DNA of 64,000 nucleotides, taken from assembly GCA_021797795.1 (NCBI GenBank), contig JAJZZB010000003.1:13659-77658 (forward strand), given 5' to 3'. Source of the stretch: Actinomycetes bacterium (lineage in GTDB: Bacteria > Actinomycetota > Acidimicrobiia > Acidimicrobiales > Bog-793). The notes beneath the pieces are model-generated. The model made no database searches and was not told the origin of the DNA. It was given only the letters and a program-made list of their open reading frames with translations. Both the position numbers and the translations under genes were made by a program. This document shows positions 1-9,034 of this stretch, one piece after another; within the stretch, counting starts at the first letter, position 1, and each line of letters starts with the position of its first letter.

Positions 1-1273
1 GAGAGCGAGTCTTGGCCGCCGCCAGGACGGCGTCCACACGACTCGGCGTGGGGTCCAGGTGGTGTTCGTGCAGCCAGTAGACGACGTTCGACTTGCCGCT
101 CATCGGCCCGATGGAGATCTCCTGGCTCCTCCCGACGAGCGATGCCGGCACCGCGCTGTAGACACGGTCCGCCAGCCAGGAGTCGCCCTTGGCGTAGGCC
201 TTGGCGACGGCGGCCGCGTGGACGCCCGTGCTCGTGGCGAAGGCGTCTCGGCCGATCACCGGGTAGTTGCGCGGGATCGGGACGCCGGTCATCCTGCTGG
301 CGATCCGGCAGTAGGCGGGCAGGTCCAGCAGGTCGATGTCCTTCCATCCGAGAAGGGCGATGTTGACGAGCACGAGGTCGAGCGCCGTGTTGCCGACGCG
401 CTCGCCGATGCCGAGCGCGCACCCGTGGACGCGCCTCGCTCCGGCCGAGAGGGCGGCGAGGGCGTTCACGACGTCGAGCCCGCGGTCGCGATGGCCGTGC
501 CAGTCGATGGCGGCGTCGGCGAAGCCGTGCGAGGCCAGCTCGCCGGCGACGAACTGGACGATCTGCTGGACCCCCGACGGTGCCGCGTGGCCGACGGTGT
601 CCGAGATGCAGAAGCGGGTGGCGCCCGCCTCGGCGGCGGCGAGGTACATGGTGGCGATGTCCTCGCGGCGCGCCCGCGTGGTGTCCTCGGTGACGAACAT
701 CACCTCGAGACCTGCGCGGACGGCGTAAGAGACGGCCTGCTCGATCGTCCTCGCAAGGCTCGACACGTCCCAGTCCTCGACCAGCTGGCGGATCGGGCTC
801 GACCCGATGAACAGGGCGGCGTCGATCGGCACGCCCGAGCGCTGCTGCGCCTCGGCGATGGGGTCGATGTCGTTGACGTGAGTCCGTCCGGCGCAGTTGG
901 CCCGGAGAGGGAGCCGCTCGTCGGCGATCGTCCGGGCGAGCCCGATGACGTCACGCAAGGCTGCCTCGCTCGCGCCGGCATAGCCGATGTCGGCCGCGTC
1001 GATGCCGACTCGGGGCAGATGGCGGAGAAACTCCTGCTTCTCGGAGAGGGACGGCTGGCGAACCGATGGGCACTGGAGCCCGTCGCGCAGCGTCTCGTCG
1101 TTGAGCTCGATGACCGTCGCCGGTTCGAGCCGGCACAGGCGCGGGGCGATCTCGTTCCAGTCGTAGACGAGGTCGGTCGGCTCCTCGCCGGCCTCCGCCG
1201 CGGGCGGCGTCGTCTGGGACCTGCGACTCGTCGTCCGCCCCGCTCCGTTCGTCCGCTGCTCGCTGCGTGCCAC
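1..1273 (-). CDS. LeuA-like DRE-TIM metallolyase (2-isopropylmalate/citramalate synthase family), 3' end runs off the window
   Basis: Manual translation (not in ORF track): VIELNDETLRDGLQ, VTEDTTRA, SDTVGH, WHGHRDRG (HxH metal site), GIGERVGN, GVHAAA, GPMSGKSN; in-frame GTG at 1273 with a GGAG-like RBS. Confidence 0.85.
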   Translation of the reverse strand, partial: MARSEQRTNGAGRTTSRRSQTTPPAAEAGEEPTDLVYDWNEIAPRLCRLEPATVIELNDETLRDGLQCPSVRQPSLSEKQEFLRHLPRVGIDAADIGYAGASEAALRDVIGLARTIADERLPLRANCAGRTHVNDIDPIAEAQQRSGVPIDAALFIGSSPIRQLVEDWDVSSLARTIEQAVSYAVRAGLEVMFVTEDTTRARREDIATMYLAAAEAGATRFCISDTVGHAAPSGVQQIVQFVAGELASHGFADAAIDWHGHRDRGLDVVNALAALSAGARRVHGCALGIGERVGNTALDLVLVNIALLGWKDIDLLDLPAYCRIASRMTGVPIPRNYPVIGRDAFATSTGVHAAAVAKAYAKGDSWLADRVYSAVPASLVGRSQEISIGPMSGKSNVVYWLHEHHLDPTPSRVDAVLAAAKTRS

Positions 1274-1466
1274 AGGACTCCCTCCCGCTCTCGCCACCTA
1301 CGGGCGGCCCGTGGGGCCCGAGCCCCCGCGTGCACGCCCCTCCTGCCCGCTACAGCCTCCGGCGGGCATGGCAGGCGTGCGTCCAGGGCGCACCCCTGCA
1401 CCGGGATCACCCCTTCTATGCCAGGTACTTTGCTCTACGTACTGTGGCTAGCACTACGTAGTAGCC

Positions 1467-1495
1467 AGAGTACGTTAGACTGTCCGGTCGGTCAA
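1467..1495 (-). promoter_or_regulatory. sigma70/HrdB-type promoter for the leuA-like gene (TTGACC-N17-TACTCT), overlapped by an imperfect palindrome at 1476-1495
   Basis: Reverse complement of ggtcaa (1490-1495) and agagta (1467-1472), 17-nt spacer, in an AT-richer divergent intergenic region. Confidence 0.5.
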
Positions 1496-1516
1496 GTTCT
1501 TTCTTGGGGAGGCGCG

Positions 1517-2773
1517 ATGCCCCGGCGGCGGGAGGCGGAGGACGCCCGGTCAGCGACAAGGCAGGGTGGCGACGAGGCGGCACGGCGGACCCCGGCTGCC
1601 CGCGCCTCGGAGCCGGATCGGAAGAAGGCGGCACGGCCCCACTGGGCGGATCTCTACGCCGAGGTCGTCGGGAGCCGCCTCTGCAGCGGCTGCGGCGCCT
1701 GCGTGGTCACCTGCCCGCGAGGCGTGCTCGGCTATCGGGACACCTCCCCGTTCCAGGACGACGACGGCTCGTCCGCGCACTCCTGCCGTTTCGGTGAGGC
1801 CGGCTGCGACGCCTGCACCCGCGCCTGCCCCCGCTTTCGCGCTGGGCCGACGGGCGTCGACGAGGCGCTCTTCGGCCGGCGCCGCCAGTCGGACGAGGCG
1901 GCCGGCGTCTTCGTCTCCGCTCTCGCGCTGAGAGCGGCTGAGCGGGAATGGCGCGGCCACTCCCAGGACGGGGGCCTCGTCTCGATGCTCCTCGTCTGGG
2001 CCCTCGAGACCGGCCGGATCGACGGAGCCGTCGTCGCAGGGTCCCGCCCGGGGCATCCGCTTCGCGGGGAGCCGGCGATCGCCCGCACACGAGACGAGAT
2101 CCTCGCCGCTGCCGGCTCGCGCTACACCTACGTGCCGAACCTGCTCGCTCTCGCCGCTGCGGCGCCGCAGGAACGCCTTGCCCTCGTGGGCGTCGGATGT
2201 CAGGTGAGCGGCCTTGTGACCGCCCAGCAGGCGCGCCTCAAGCGGTTCCGCTCGGTCGTCTTCCGGATCGGCCTCATGTGCAGCGAAACCTTCTCCGAAG
2301 CCCCGTTCCTCGACGGCCTGCTCGCCGCCAGGCTCGGGCTCGATCTCCACAAGATCGAGAAGGTGAACGTGAAGGGCAGGGTGGTCGTCTCGACCGAGGG
2401 CTCCCACCACGGCCACCTCGCCTCGGGTCCGGTGGCGGGCAGCCGTGCGCGCGTCGGGGGCGACGGCCGGATCGAGATCCCACTCTCCGAGGCGCGCCCC
2501 CTCGCCCGCCTCCAGTGCGCGTCGTGCTCGGACTTCAGCGCCGAATGGTCGGACCTGTCCGCCGGGGGCCTCGGGCTCGACGGGTGGACCGTCGGTCTCG
2601 TCCGCTCGCCGCTCGCCCGGGCCTGGATCGACCTCATGCTCGCCGAAGGGCTGCTCGAAGCGCGCGATCTCGGGCAGTTCCCACAGGCGGAGCGGCTGAT
2701 GCAGCGCCTCGCCGAGGCGCAGCGCGAACGGCCAGGCATCCATAGGCTGCTGCAGCCGGCACAGGGAGGATGA
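1517..2773 (+). CDS. FrhB/FdhB-family (coenzyme F420 hydrogenase/dehydrogenase beta subunit-like) Fe-S flavoprotein with N-terminal ferredoxin-type motifs
   Basis: CSGCGACVVTCP, GCDACTRACP, SQDGGLVS, AAGSRY, VGVGCQ, IGLMCSETF, CASCSDFSAEWSDLSAGG; ATG 1517 after GGGAGG; upstream part of the 59..2773 ORF is antisense to the leuA-like gene. Confidence 0.85.
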   Translation: MPRRREAEDARSATRQGGDEAARRTPAARASEPDRKKAARPHWADLYAEVVGSRLCSGCGACVVTCPRGVLGYRDTSPFQDDDGSSAHSCRFGEAGCDACTRACPRFRAGPTGVDEALFGRRRQSDEAAGVFVSALALRAAEREWRGHSQDGGLVSMLLVWALETGRIDGAVVAGSRPGHPLRGEPAIARTRDEILAAAGSRYTYVPNLLALAAAAPQERLALVGVGCQVSGLVTAQQARLKRFRSVVFRIGLMCSETFSEAPFLDGLLAARLGLDLHKIEKVNVKGRVVVSTEGSHHGHLASGPVAGSRARVGGDGRIEIPLSEARPLARLQCASCSDFSAEWSDLSAGGLGLDGWTVGLVRSPLARAWIDLMLAEGLLEARDLGQFPQAERLMQRLAEAQRERPGIHRLLQPAQGG

Positions 2774-3195
2774 TCGTCATGGAGCCACCGGTCCTGTCCA
2801 TCGTCGTCGGCTTCATCCGCAGCCCGGAGGGGCGGGCCGCCCTGGAGCATGCCGAAGAGGAGGCGCGCCTTCGCGGTGCGCGGCTCGTCATCGTCCACTC
2901 GAGCCGAGGAGGCGGCGGGGAGCGCCCCGAAGACGCGCTCGCCGACAGAGAGGAGCTCGAGCAGGTGGGCGAGCGGCTGGCGGCAGCGGGTGTCGCCCAT
3001 GAGGTTCGCGAGCTGGCACGGGGGGGCAGCCCAGCCGCCGACCTCGTCGACGTGGCGAACGAGGTCGGCGCCACCATGATCGTGATCGGGCTCCGCCGCC
3101 GGTCGAGGGTGGGCAAGCTCATCCTCGGCAGCAACGCCCAGGACACCCTGCTCGGTGCAGACTGCCCCGTGCTGGCCGTGAAACCGACCGACTGA
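2770..3195 (+). CDS. Universal stress protein (UspA family)
   Basis: IVVGF..SPEGRAALEHA, MIVIGLRRRSRVGKLILGSNAQDTLLGADCPVLAVK; ATGA overlap with the upstream gene. Confidence 0.9.
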   Translation: MIVMEPPVLSIVVGFIRSPEGRAALEHAEEEARLRGARLVIVHSSRGGGGERPEDALADREELEQVGERLAAAGVAHEVRELARGGSPAADLVDVANEVGATMIVIGLRRRSRVGKLILGSNAQDTLLGADCPVLAVKPTD

Positions 3196-3259
3196 GCGGG
3201 AGCGGGAGCGCCGCCTGGCGACCGACGGCGCAGGCGTCGCCCGCTGGGCCGCCTCGCGC

Positions 3260-4291
3260 TCAGGCTCGCCCGGTCGGCACGGGCAGGCGCCCGGCGGCCT
3301 CGACGATCGCCTGCTCGACCGCCCTGCGAGTCATCTGCTTGCGCCAGACGTAGTGCAGGTCGGCGTTGTCGAGCGGCTTGGCGACCTTGGCCGCCTCGGC
3401 CGCCACCTCTGCCAGCAGGCCGTCCGCCCCGGCCAGCACGTCGGCGGTCAGCTCGCGGCCGATCAGCGGGGCGGCGGCGGCGCTCACGTCGAAGGGCCGC
3501 GACCCGACGGCGGTGAGCACGATCCGGCAGTCGTCGACGAGCGGGCCGCTCCGGCGGAGCGCCACGGCCACCCCGGCGAGGGGGAAGTCGATCGTGTTGC
3601 GCCGCCTGACCTTCACGTACGACGAGCACCAACTCCCCGGAGCCGGGAGGCGCACGCTCTCGACGACCTCGTCCGCCGACTTCTCGAGGTAGTACTGCCC
3701 GTCGTCGCGGTAGAGCCCGTCCACCGGCACCTCCCGCCGCCGTCCGGCCGGACCGGCGAGCACGACCGACGCGCCGAGGGCGATGGCGGCGGGGGCGGTG
3801 TCGGACGAGGCGATCGCCCGGCAGCGCTTGCTGGCCGGCGCGACCCGGCAGATGTCGCCGTCCTTCTTCATGCAGAACCCGCATGCCTGTCGCCACTCGA
3901 AGCTCATGTCGTAGTAGTTGCAGCGCGTGTCGACGCAGAGGTTTCCCCCGATCGTGCCGACGTTGCGCAGGGCGGGGGACGAGACGAGGGCGGCGGCTCG
4001 CACGTAGGCGGGGTAGGCGGCCGCCAGGCGGCGGTGCGCGCTCACCTCGGCGAGCGTCACCCCTGCCCCGATCAGGAACCCGCCCTCCTCGGTCTCGGTG
4101 ACGGCGCGCAGCTCGGCGAGGTGCCCGAGACCGATGAGGACCTCCGGCTCCATCTGGCCGCGCTTCATCTTCGGGACGAGATCGGTCCCGCCGGCGACGA
4201 GCATCGCCCGCTCCCCGTGCCGGGAGAGCAGCTCGGCTGCCTCCTCGACCGAGCCCGGGCGGAGATAGCTACAGGGCGGCAGTCGCAGCAT
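3260..4291 (-). CDS. FAD-binding subunit of a xanthine-oxidase-family Mo enzyme, 4-hydroxybenzoyl-CoA reductase beta (HcrB)-like, with [4Fe-4S] insertion
   Basis: VAGGTDL, RNVGTIGGNL, insertion CVDTRCNYY..CGFCMKKDGDICRVAPASKRC, RRRNTIDFPL. Confidence 0.85.
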   Translation of the reverse strand: MLRLPPCSYLRPGSVEEAAELLSRHGERAMLVAGGTDLVPKMKRGQMEPEVLIGLGHLAELRAVTETEEGGFLIGAGVTLAEVSAHRRLAAAYPAYVRAAALVSSPALRNVGTIGGNLCVDTRCNYYDMSFEWRQACGFCMKKDGDICRVAPASKRCRAIASSDTAPAAIALGASVVLAGPAGRRREVPVDGLYRDDGQYYLEKSADEVVESVRLPAPGSWCSSYVKVRRRNTIDFPLAGVAVALRRSGPLVDDCRIVLTAVGSRPFDVSAAAAPLIGRELTADVLAGADGLLAEVAAEAAKVAKPLDNADLHYVWRKQMTRRAVEQAIVEAAGRLPVPTGRA

Positions 4292-6644
4292 CTGGCGGAG
4301 CAACCTTCACGAGCGGCGGGTAGGGGATCTGCGGGAAGCTCTTCGGACCGTAGCGGGGCTCCTTGCCCTTGGCGCGGGCGTCGAGCGCCCGCACGACCTT
4401 GTCGGGCGTGACCGGGACCTCGTCGACCCAGACGCCGAGCGCCTCGTGGACCGCTGAGACCACCGCCGGGATGACCGGGAGGAGCGGACCCTGGCCGACC
4501 TCCTTCGCGCCATAGGGTCCCTCGGGATCGAGCGTCTCCACGAGGATGGTCTCCACCTCCGGCATGTCGAGGAAGGTGAGCGACTTGTAGTCGAGCATGC
4601 TCGGCTGGCGGAGCAGACCGTCGCGGTAGGCCTGCGCCTCCATGAGCACCTCGCCGAGGCCCATGTAGACGCCCCCTTCCACCTGGCCGCGCACGGCGAG
4701 CTCGTTGATCGAGCGTCCGATGTCGTGGCCCAGCCAGACCTTGTTGACCCGGATCTCGCCGCTGCGCCCGTCTGCGTCCAGGTCGACGACGGCGGCCGAG
4801 TAGCTGTAGGCAGGGCTCGGCCCCACCCCGGCGCCCTTGTAACGGCCGCCGATTCCCTGCGGGGGCGTGTAGCTGCCGCGCGTCGAGAGCGCCCCGAAGC
4901 GCGCCTCGGCGAGCGCAGCCGCTTCCTCGAAGGCGATGAGGCCGATCCTCCCGTCGGCCACCGCCACCTCGTCGGGGGCACAGCCCTTCTCCTCGGCGAC
5001 GGCCCGGACGAGCAGCTCCCGCATCCTGGCGGCGGCCTCACGGGCGGCGTTGCCAGCCATGAAGGTGACCCGCGACGAGTACGAACCGAGGTCGACGGGG
5101 GTGAGCCCGGTGTCGCCGGTCACGAGCCGGATGTCGCCCGGCGAGAGACCGAGCTCCTCGGCGGCGATCGTCGCCAGCACGGTGTCCGAGCCCTGCCCGA
5201 TGTCGGTGGCGCCGCTCAGCAGGGTAACCCCGCCCCGGCCGACGTTGAGGATGCACTCGCTGTGCGGCATCGTGTTCCAGTAGATGGGCAGTCCCGCACC
5301 GCACATGTAGCTCGACACGGCGAAGCCCATCCCGTGCCCCGGGCGCTTCACCCGGTGCTCGTAGCCCGAGGCCTCGAGCACCCGGTCGGTGACCTCGCCG
5401 AGGCCGCACGAGGTGATCCGCAGCCAGTTGACGGTCCGGGTGAAGGGCCGCACGTAGTTCCGGCGCCGGAGCTCCACGGGGTCGATCCCGAGGTCCGCAG
5501 CCAGCTTGTCGAGATGGACCTCGAGGGCAAAGCGGGGCTGGGGAGTCCCGTGGCCGCGCTTCGGGCCGCAGGGCGCCTTGTTGGTGAACACGCGGGCGCC
5601 CTCGAAGCGGTAGGCGGGGATGGCATAGGTGGTCGTCTGCAGGGCGCCGGTGTAGAGGGTCGACGCCGGCCCGTAGGAGCCGTACGCCCCGCCGTCGAGG
5701 GCGCTGCGGAAGTGCATGGCGAGGATGCGGCCGTCGCGGTCGACGCCGGTGCGGACCCACATCAGCACCGGATGCCGCCCACGGTGGGTGTAGAAGACCT
5801 CCTCGCGGGTGAGGGTGCACTTGACGGGACGGCCCGTCATCAACGAGAGCTTGCAGACGGCAATCTCATGGGAGAAGGGGTCGCACTTGCCTCCGAAGCC
5901 CCCGCCGTGCGGCGCCGCCACCACCCGGACGCTGCCCATCGGAAGACCGAGCACCTTGGCGAGCGCGCGGTGCACGTAATGGGGATCCTGGGTCGACGAC
6001 CACAGCGTCACCTTGTCGCCGACGGCCTGCGCGGTGGCCGAGTGCTGCTCCATCGGCAGGTGGGTGTTGCCCTCGAAGAAGAAGACGTCCTCGCGCACGT
6101 GGGCCGCCTCGGCGAAGCCGGCGTCCACGTCGCCGAACTCGAGGGCGGCGAGGCGGTGGACGTTCGCCGGGCCGGCGTAGCCGTGGATCGGCTCGTCGTC
6201 GGGCGAGACGAGGGCCTGCTCGATCGACTCGACCGCCTCGAGCGGCTCGTAGCCGACCTCGATCGCCCGGCAGGCGGCGAGGGCGGTCTCCTCGTCCACG
6301 GCCGCCACGGCCGCCACCGGGTCGCCGACGAAGCGGACCTTCTCGTGCTCGAGGGCGAGCTCGTCCTCGCAGGTCGGCATGATGCCGTACTTCACCGGGA
6401 GGTCGTCGCCGGTGATGACGGCGACCACGCCCGGCATCGCCCGAGCCGCACTCGTGTCGATCGACACGATGCGGGCGTAGGGATGCTGGCTGCGCAGCAG
6501 CTTGCAGAAGAGCATGCCGGGGAGATCGATGTCGTCGGCGTAGGCGATCGCACCCGTCACCTTGGCTGCCGCATCGACCTTCGGCAGCCCTTTGCCCACG
6601 ACGTGCAATTCGCCGGCTTCGCGTCCGGCTGCGGGCGTCGTCAC
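4269..6644 (-). CDS. Molybdopterin-binding large subunit, 4-hydroxybenzoyl-CoA reductase alpha (HcrA)-like
   Basis: KVTGAIAYADD, GGGFGGK, HRGRHP, YTGAL, NKAPCGPKRGHG, GATDIGQGS, GSYSSRVTFMAGNA, GAKEVGQG; GTG start with GTGA overlap. Confidence 0.85.
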   Translation of the reverse strand: MTTPAAGREAGELHVVGKGLPKVDAAAKVTGAIAYADDIDLPGMLFCKLLRSQHPYARIVSIDTSAARAMPGVVAVITGDDLPVKYGIMPTCEDELALEHEKVRFVGDPVAAVAAVDEETALAACRAIEVGYEPLEAVESIEQALVSPDDEPIHGYAGPANVHRLAALEFGDVDAGFAEAAHVREDVFFFEGNTHLPMEQHSATAQAVGDKVTLWSSTQDPHYVHRALAKVLGLPMGSVRVVAAPHGGGFGGKCDPFSHEIAVCKLSLMTGRPVKCTLTREEVFYTHRGRHPVLMWVRTGVDRDGRILAMHFRSALDGGAYGSYGPASTLYTGALQTTTYAIPAYRFEGARVFTNKAPCGPKRGHGTPQPRFALEVHLDKLAADLGIDPVELRRRNYVRPFTRTVNWLRITSCGLGEVTDRVLEASGYEHRVKRPGHGMGFAVSSYMCGAGLPIYWNTMPHSECILNVGRGGVTLLSGATDIGQGSDTVLATIAAEELGLSPGDIRLVTGDTGLTPVDLGSYSSRVTFMAGNAAREAAARMRELLVRAVAEEKGCAPDEVAVADGRIGLIAFEEAAALAEARFGALSTRGSYTPPQGIGGRYKGAGVGPSPAYSYSAAVVDLDADGRSGEIRVNKVWLGHDIGRSINELAVRGQVEGGVYMGLGEVLMEAQAYRDGLLRQPSMLDYKSLTFLDMPEVETILVETLDPEGPYGAKEVGQGPLLPVIPAVVSAVHEALGVWVDEVPVTPDKVVRALDARAKGKEPRYGPKSFPQIPYPPLVKVAPPDAATAAL

Positions 6645-7132
6645 CTGCCCGACCTCGCCGCATCCTCGACGGCGTCGAGGATGCCCGCGTAGCCGGTGCA
6701 CCGGCAGAGGTTGCCTGCCAGTGCCTCCCTGATCTCCTCACGCGTCGGCGAGGGGTTGGCGTCGAGGAGCGCTCTCGCCGCCAGGACCATGCCAGGGGTG
6801 CAGTAGCCGCACTGCAGCCCTCCTCGCTCCATGAAGGCCCGCTGGACGGCGTCGAGCGTCGCCCCGTCGGCCAGGCCTTCGATCGTGGTGACCTCGGCAC
6901 CTTCCACCTGAGCCGGCAGGAGCAGGCAGCTCAGCTGAGGAACTCCGCCGACGAGCACGGTGCACGCGCCGCACTCGCCGAGCTCGCAGCCGTGCTTGGT
7001 CCCCGTCAGGCGGAGCTCCTCGCGCAGCACCTCGAGGAGCGTGGCGTACGGCCTCACGAGCAGCTCGCGCTCCTCGCCGTTCACCGACAGGCGCAGCACC
7101 TCGCGGCGGACGGGCGGCCGCATGACCGTCAC
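6641..7132 (-). CDS. (2Fe-2S)-binding small subunit (HcrC/CoxS-like)
   Basis: GTKHGCELGECGACTV, QCGYCTPG, GNLCRCTGY. Confidence 0.92.
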   Translation of the reverse strand: MTVMRPPVRREVLRLSVNGEERELLVRPYATLLEVLREELRLTGTKHGCELGECGACTVLVGGVPQLSCLLLPAQVEGAEVTTIEGLADGATLDAVQRAFMERGGLQCGYCTPGMVLAARALLDANPSPTREEIREALAGNLCRCTGYAGILDAVEDAARSGR

Positions 7133-7650
7133 CTCGCCCTGGCGGCGAGGGCGACGAGCAACGGCTCGATGCCGCCGTGGCTGAGCACGTCGAGCATCTG
7201 CTCGGGGATCCTGTCGGCTCGAAGGTGCGCCCGTCCCTCGCCGACGACCACCTCCCCCGCCACGATGTCCACCTCGACCACCTCGTGGTCGTGCACCGTC
7301 GCGCTCACCCCCGGGCAGCTGAGCGCAGGCAGGCCGAGCGCGATCGCGTTGCGGGCGAAGATCCGGGCGAGCGAGTCGGCCACGACCAGCGCGACGCCGA
7401 GGTCCTTCAGGTGCTGCGGGGCGGACTCCCGGCTCGAGCCGCAGCCGAAGTTCGCCCCGGCGACGAGGATGTCGCCCGGGCGTACCTGCGAGGCGAACTC
7501 GGGGCGGGCGGGCTCGAGGACGTGACGGAGCCGGATCTCCGGCGGGTCGTGGACGTACTGGCCGGGCGAGAGCATGTCCGTGCTGATGTCCGGCCCGAAC
7601 AGCCAGGCCCGGCCGCGAAGGCGGGTCATCTCGGGGGGAGTGCTCGTCAC
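7129..7650 (-). CDS. LeuD-like dehydratase small subunit (aconitase swivel domain)
   Basis: GRAWLFGPDISTDMLSPG, GANFGCGSSRESA, FARNAIALGLP; GTGA overlaps at both ends. Confidence 0.9.
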   Translation of the reverse strand: MTSTPPEMTRLRGRAWLFGPDISTDMLSPGQYVHDPPEIRLRHVLEPARPEFASQVRPGDILVAGANFGCGSSRESAPQHLKDLGVALVVADSLARIFARNAIALGLPALSCPGVSATVHDHEVVEVDIVAGEVVVGEGRAHLRADRIPEQMLDVLSHGGIEPLLVALAARAR

Positions 7651-8951
7651 CTCGTCACCTCCTGTCGCGTGTCGCTCACCGCCAGCTCGCGTGGATCGGC
7701 GATGACCCCGGCGAGGGCGGAGGCGGCGGCCGTGGCCGGGGAGCCGAGGTAGACCTCGCCCTCCGGGCTGCCCATGCGGCCCCGGAAGTTGCGGTTGTGC
7801 GTCCCGAGGCAGCGCTCGCCCGGCGCGAGCAGACCGAGGTGGCCACCGAAGCACGGGCCGCAGCCCGGTCCCTCGATGATGGCGCCCGCCGCCGACAGCT
7901 CGGTGAGGACGCCCTCCTCCGCCGCCTGGCGGTAGACGGTCGAGGAGGCCGGCGTGACGATCATGCGCAGGCCGGAGGCGATCCTGCGGCCCCGGAGGAT
8001 GCGAGCCGCCTCGCGCAGGTCCTCGATCCTGCCGTTGGTGCACGAGCCGAGGAATACCTGGTCGAGGTGCAGGCCGGCGACCTCTCCCACGTCGACGACG
8101 TTCTCGACGTGGTGCGGAACGGCGACCTGAGGCGAGAGGGCGGACAGGTCGACATGGTGGGTGGCGGCGTAGCGGGCACCGTCGCGCGCCGTGGCTGCGC
8201 CGGCGGCCGGGAACAGTGAGAACTTCGCACCCATCTCGACGCCCATGTTCGCAATGGTCATCCGCTCGGCGAGTGACAACGAGTCCGCACCCGAGCCGCC
8301 GTGCTCGATCGAGCGGTACTGCGCCTCGCTCGAGCCGATCTCGCGCACGAGGAACAGCACGAGGTCCTTCGCCGCCACGGACGGCGCCAGCCGACCCTCG
8401 AGCGCGACGAGGACGGTCTCGGGCACCTTGAACCAGAGCTCCCCGGTGGCCAGGGCGTAGGCCATCTCCGAGCTGCCGATGCCACAGCCGGCCGCACCGA
8501 GGGCCCCGTAGGTCGTCGAGTGCGAGTCGGTGCCGACCACGAGGTCGCCCGGCCGGACGCGGCCCTCCTCGACCATCACCTGGTGGCAGATCCCGCGGCC
8601 GATCTCGAAGAAGGCCTCGATCCCGTAGCGCCGGACGAGTCGCCGCGCCTTGGCCTGGTGCTCGGCTGCGGCGACGGAGGGTGCCGGCACCATGTGGTCG
8701 AAGACCACGGTGGCGCGGCCGGGGTCGTGCAGGCGCTCGATCCCGGCCCGCTCCAGCATGCCGAGGACGTCGGCGGCGAAGATGTCGTGCATCATCATTG
8801 CGTCGATCTTCGCGACGACGTACTCGCCGGGCTCCACCCGGGCGGCCCCGCTGGCCCTGGCGAGGACGGTCTCGGCAGCCGTCATCTCAGGCGGCTCCGC
8901 CGCTCCGCTCGCGTCCTTCGCCAGACGCTCGATCCTCGCGTTCGCTGTCAT
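7647..8951 (-). CDS. LeuC-like dehydratase large subunit ([4Fe-4S] aconitase family)
   Basis: VFDHMVP, GICHQV, GTDSHSTTYGALG, FLGSCTNGR, GCGPCFGGHLG, THNRNFRGRMG. Confidence 0.9.
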   Translation of the reverse strand: MTANARIERLAKDASGAAEPPEMTAAETVLARASGAARVEPGEYVVAKIDAMMMHDIFAADVLGMLERAGIERLHDPGRATVVFDHMVPAPSVAAAEHQAKARRLVRRYGIEAFFEIGRGICHQVMVEEGRVRPGDLVVGTDSHSTTYGALGAAGCGIGSSEMAYALATGELWFKVPETVLVALEGRLAPSVAAKDLVLFLVREIGSSEAQYRSIEHGGSGADSLSLAERMTIANMGVEMGAKFSLFPAAGAATARDGARYAATHHVDLSALSPQVAVPHHVENVVDVGEVAGLHLDQVFLGSCTNGRIEDLREAARILRGRRIASGLRMIVTPASSTVYRQAAEEGVLTELSAAGAIIEGPGCGPCFGGHLGLLAPGERCLGTHNRNFRGRMGSPEGEVYLGSPATAAASALAGVIADPRELAVSDTRQEVTR

Positions 8952-9034
8952 TGCTGCCTCCTCGTTCCGTCCATGCCCTCCCGGCTCGGGCCCACCTGCC
9001 CGGGCACCGGGAGAGGGAGCCGTCTCGAGCATGC

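Noticed and set aside
59-1516. N-terminal 486 aa of the 904-aa ORF 59..2773
   Set aside because: Antisense shadow of the leuA-like gene; the FrhB protein starts at ATG 1517 with an RBS
1517-2773. F420-reducing hydrogenase
   Set aside because: No NiFe large or small subunit or hyp genes in the window
4725-6692. Long antisense or off-frame ORFs (also 24231..26300, 32460..34817, 34715..36544, 58547..61156, 61903..63696 and many others)
   Set aside because: High-GC stop-codon scarcity; Arg/Gly/Pro-rich or mirror sequences overlapping well-supported genes
3260-7132. Aerobic CO dehydrogenase (coxMSL)
   Set aside because: No AYxCSFR active-site loop; gene order and the [4Fe-4S] insertion fit HBCR-like enzymes
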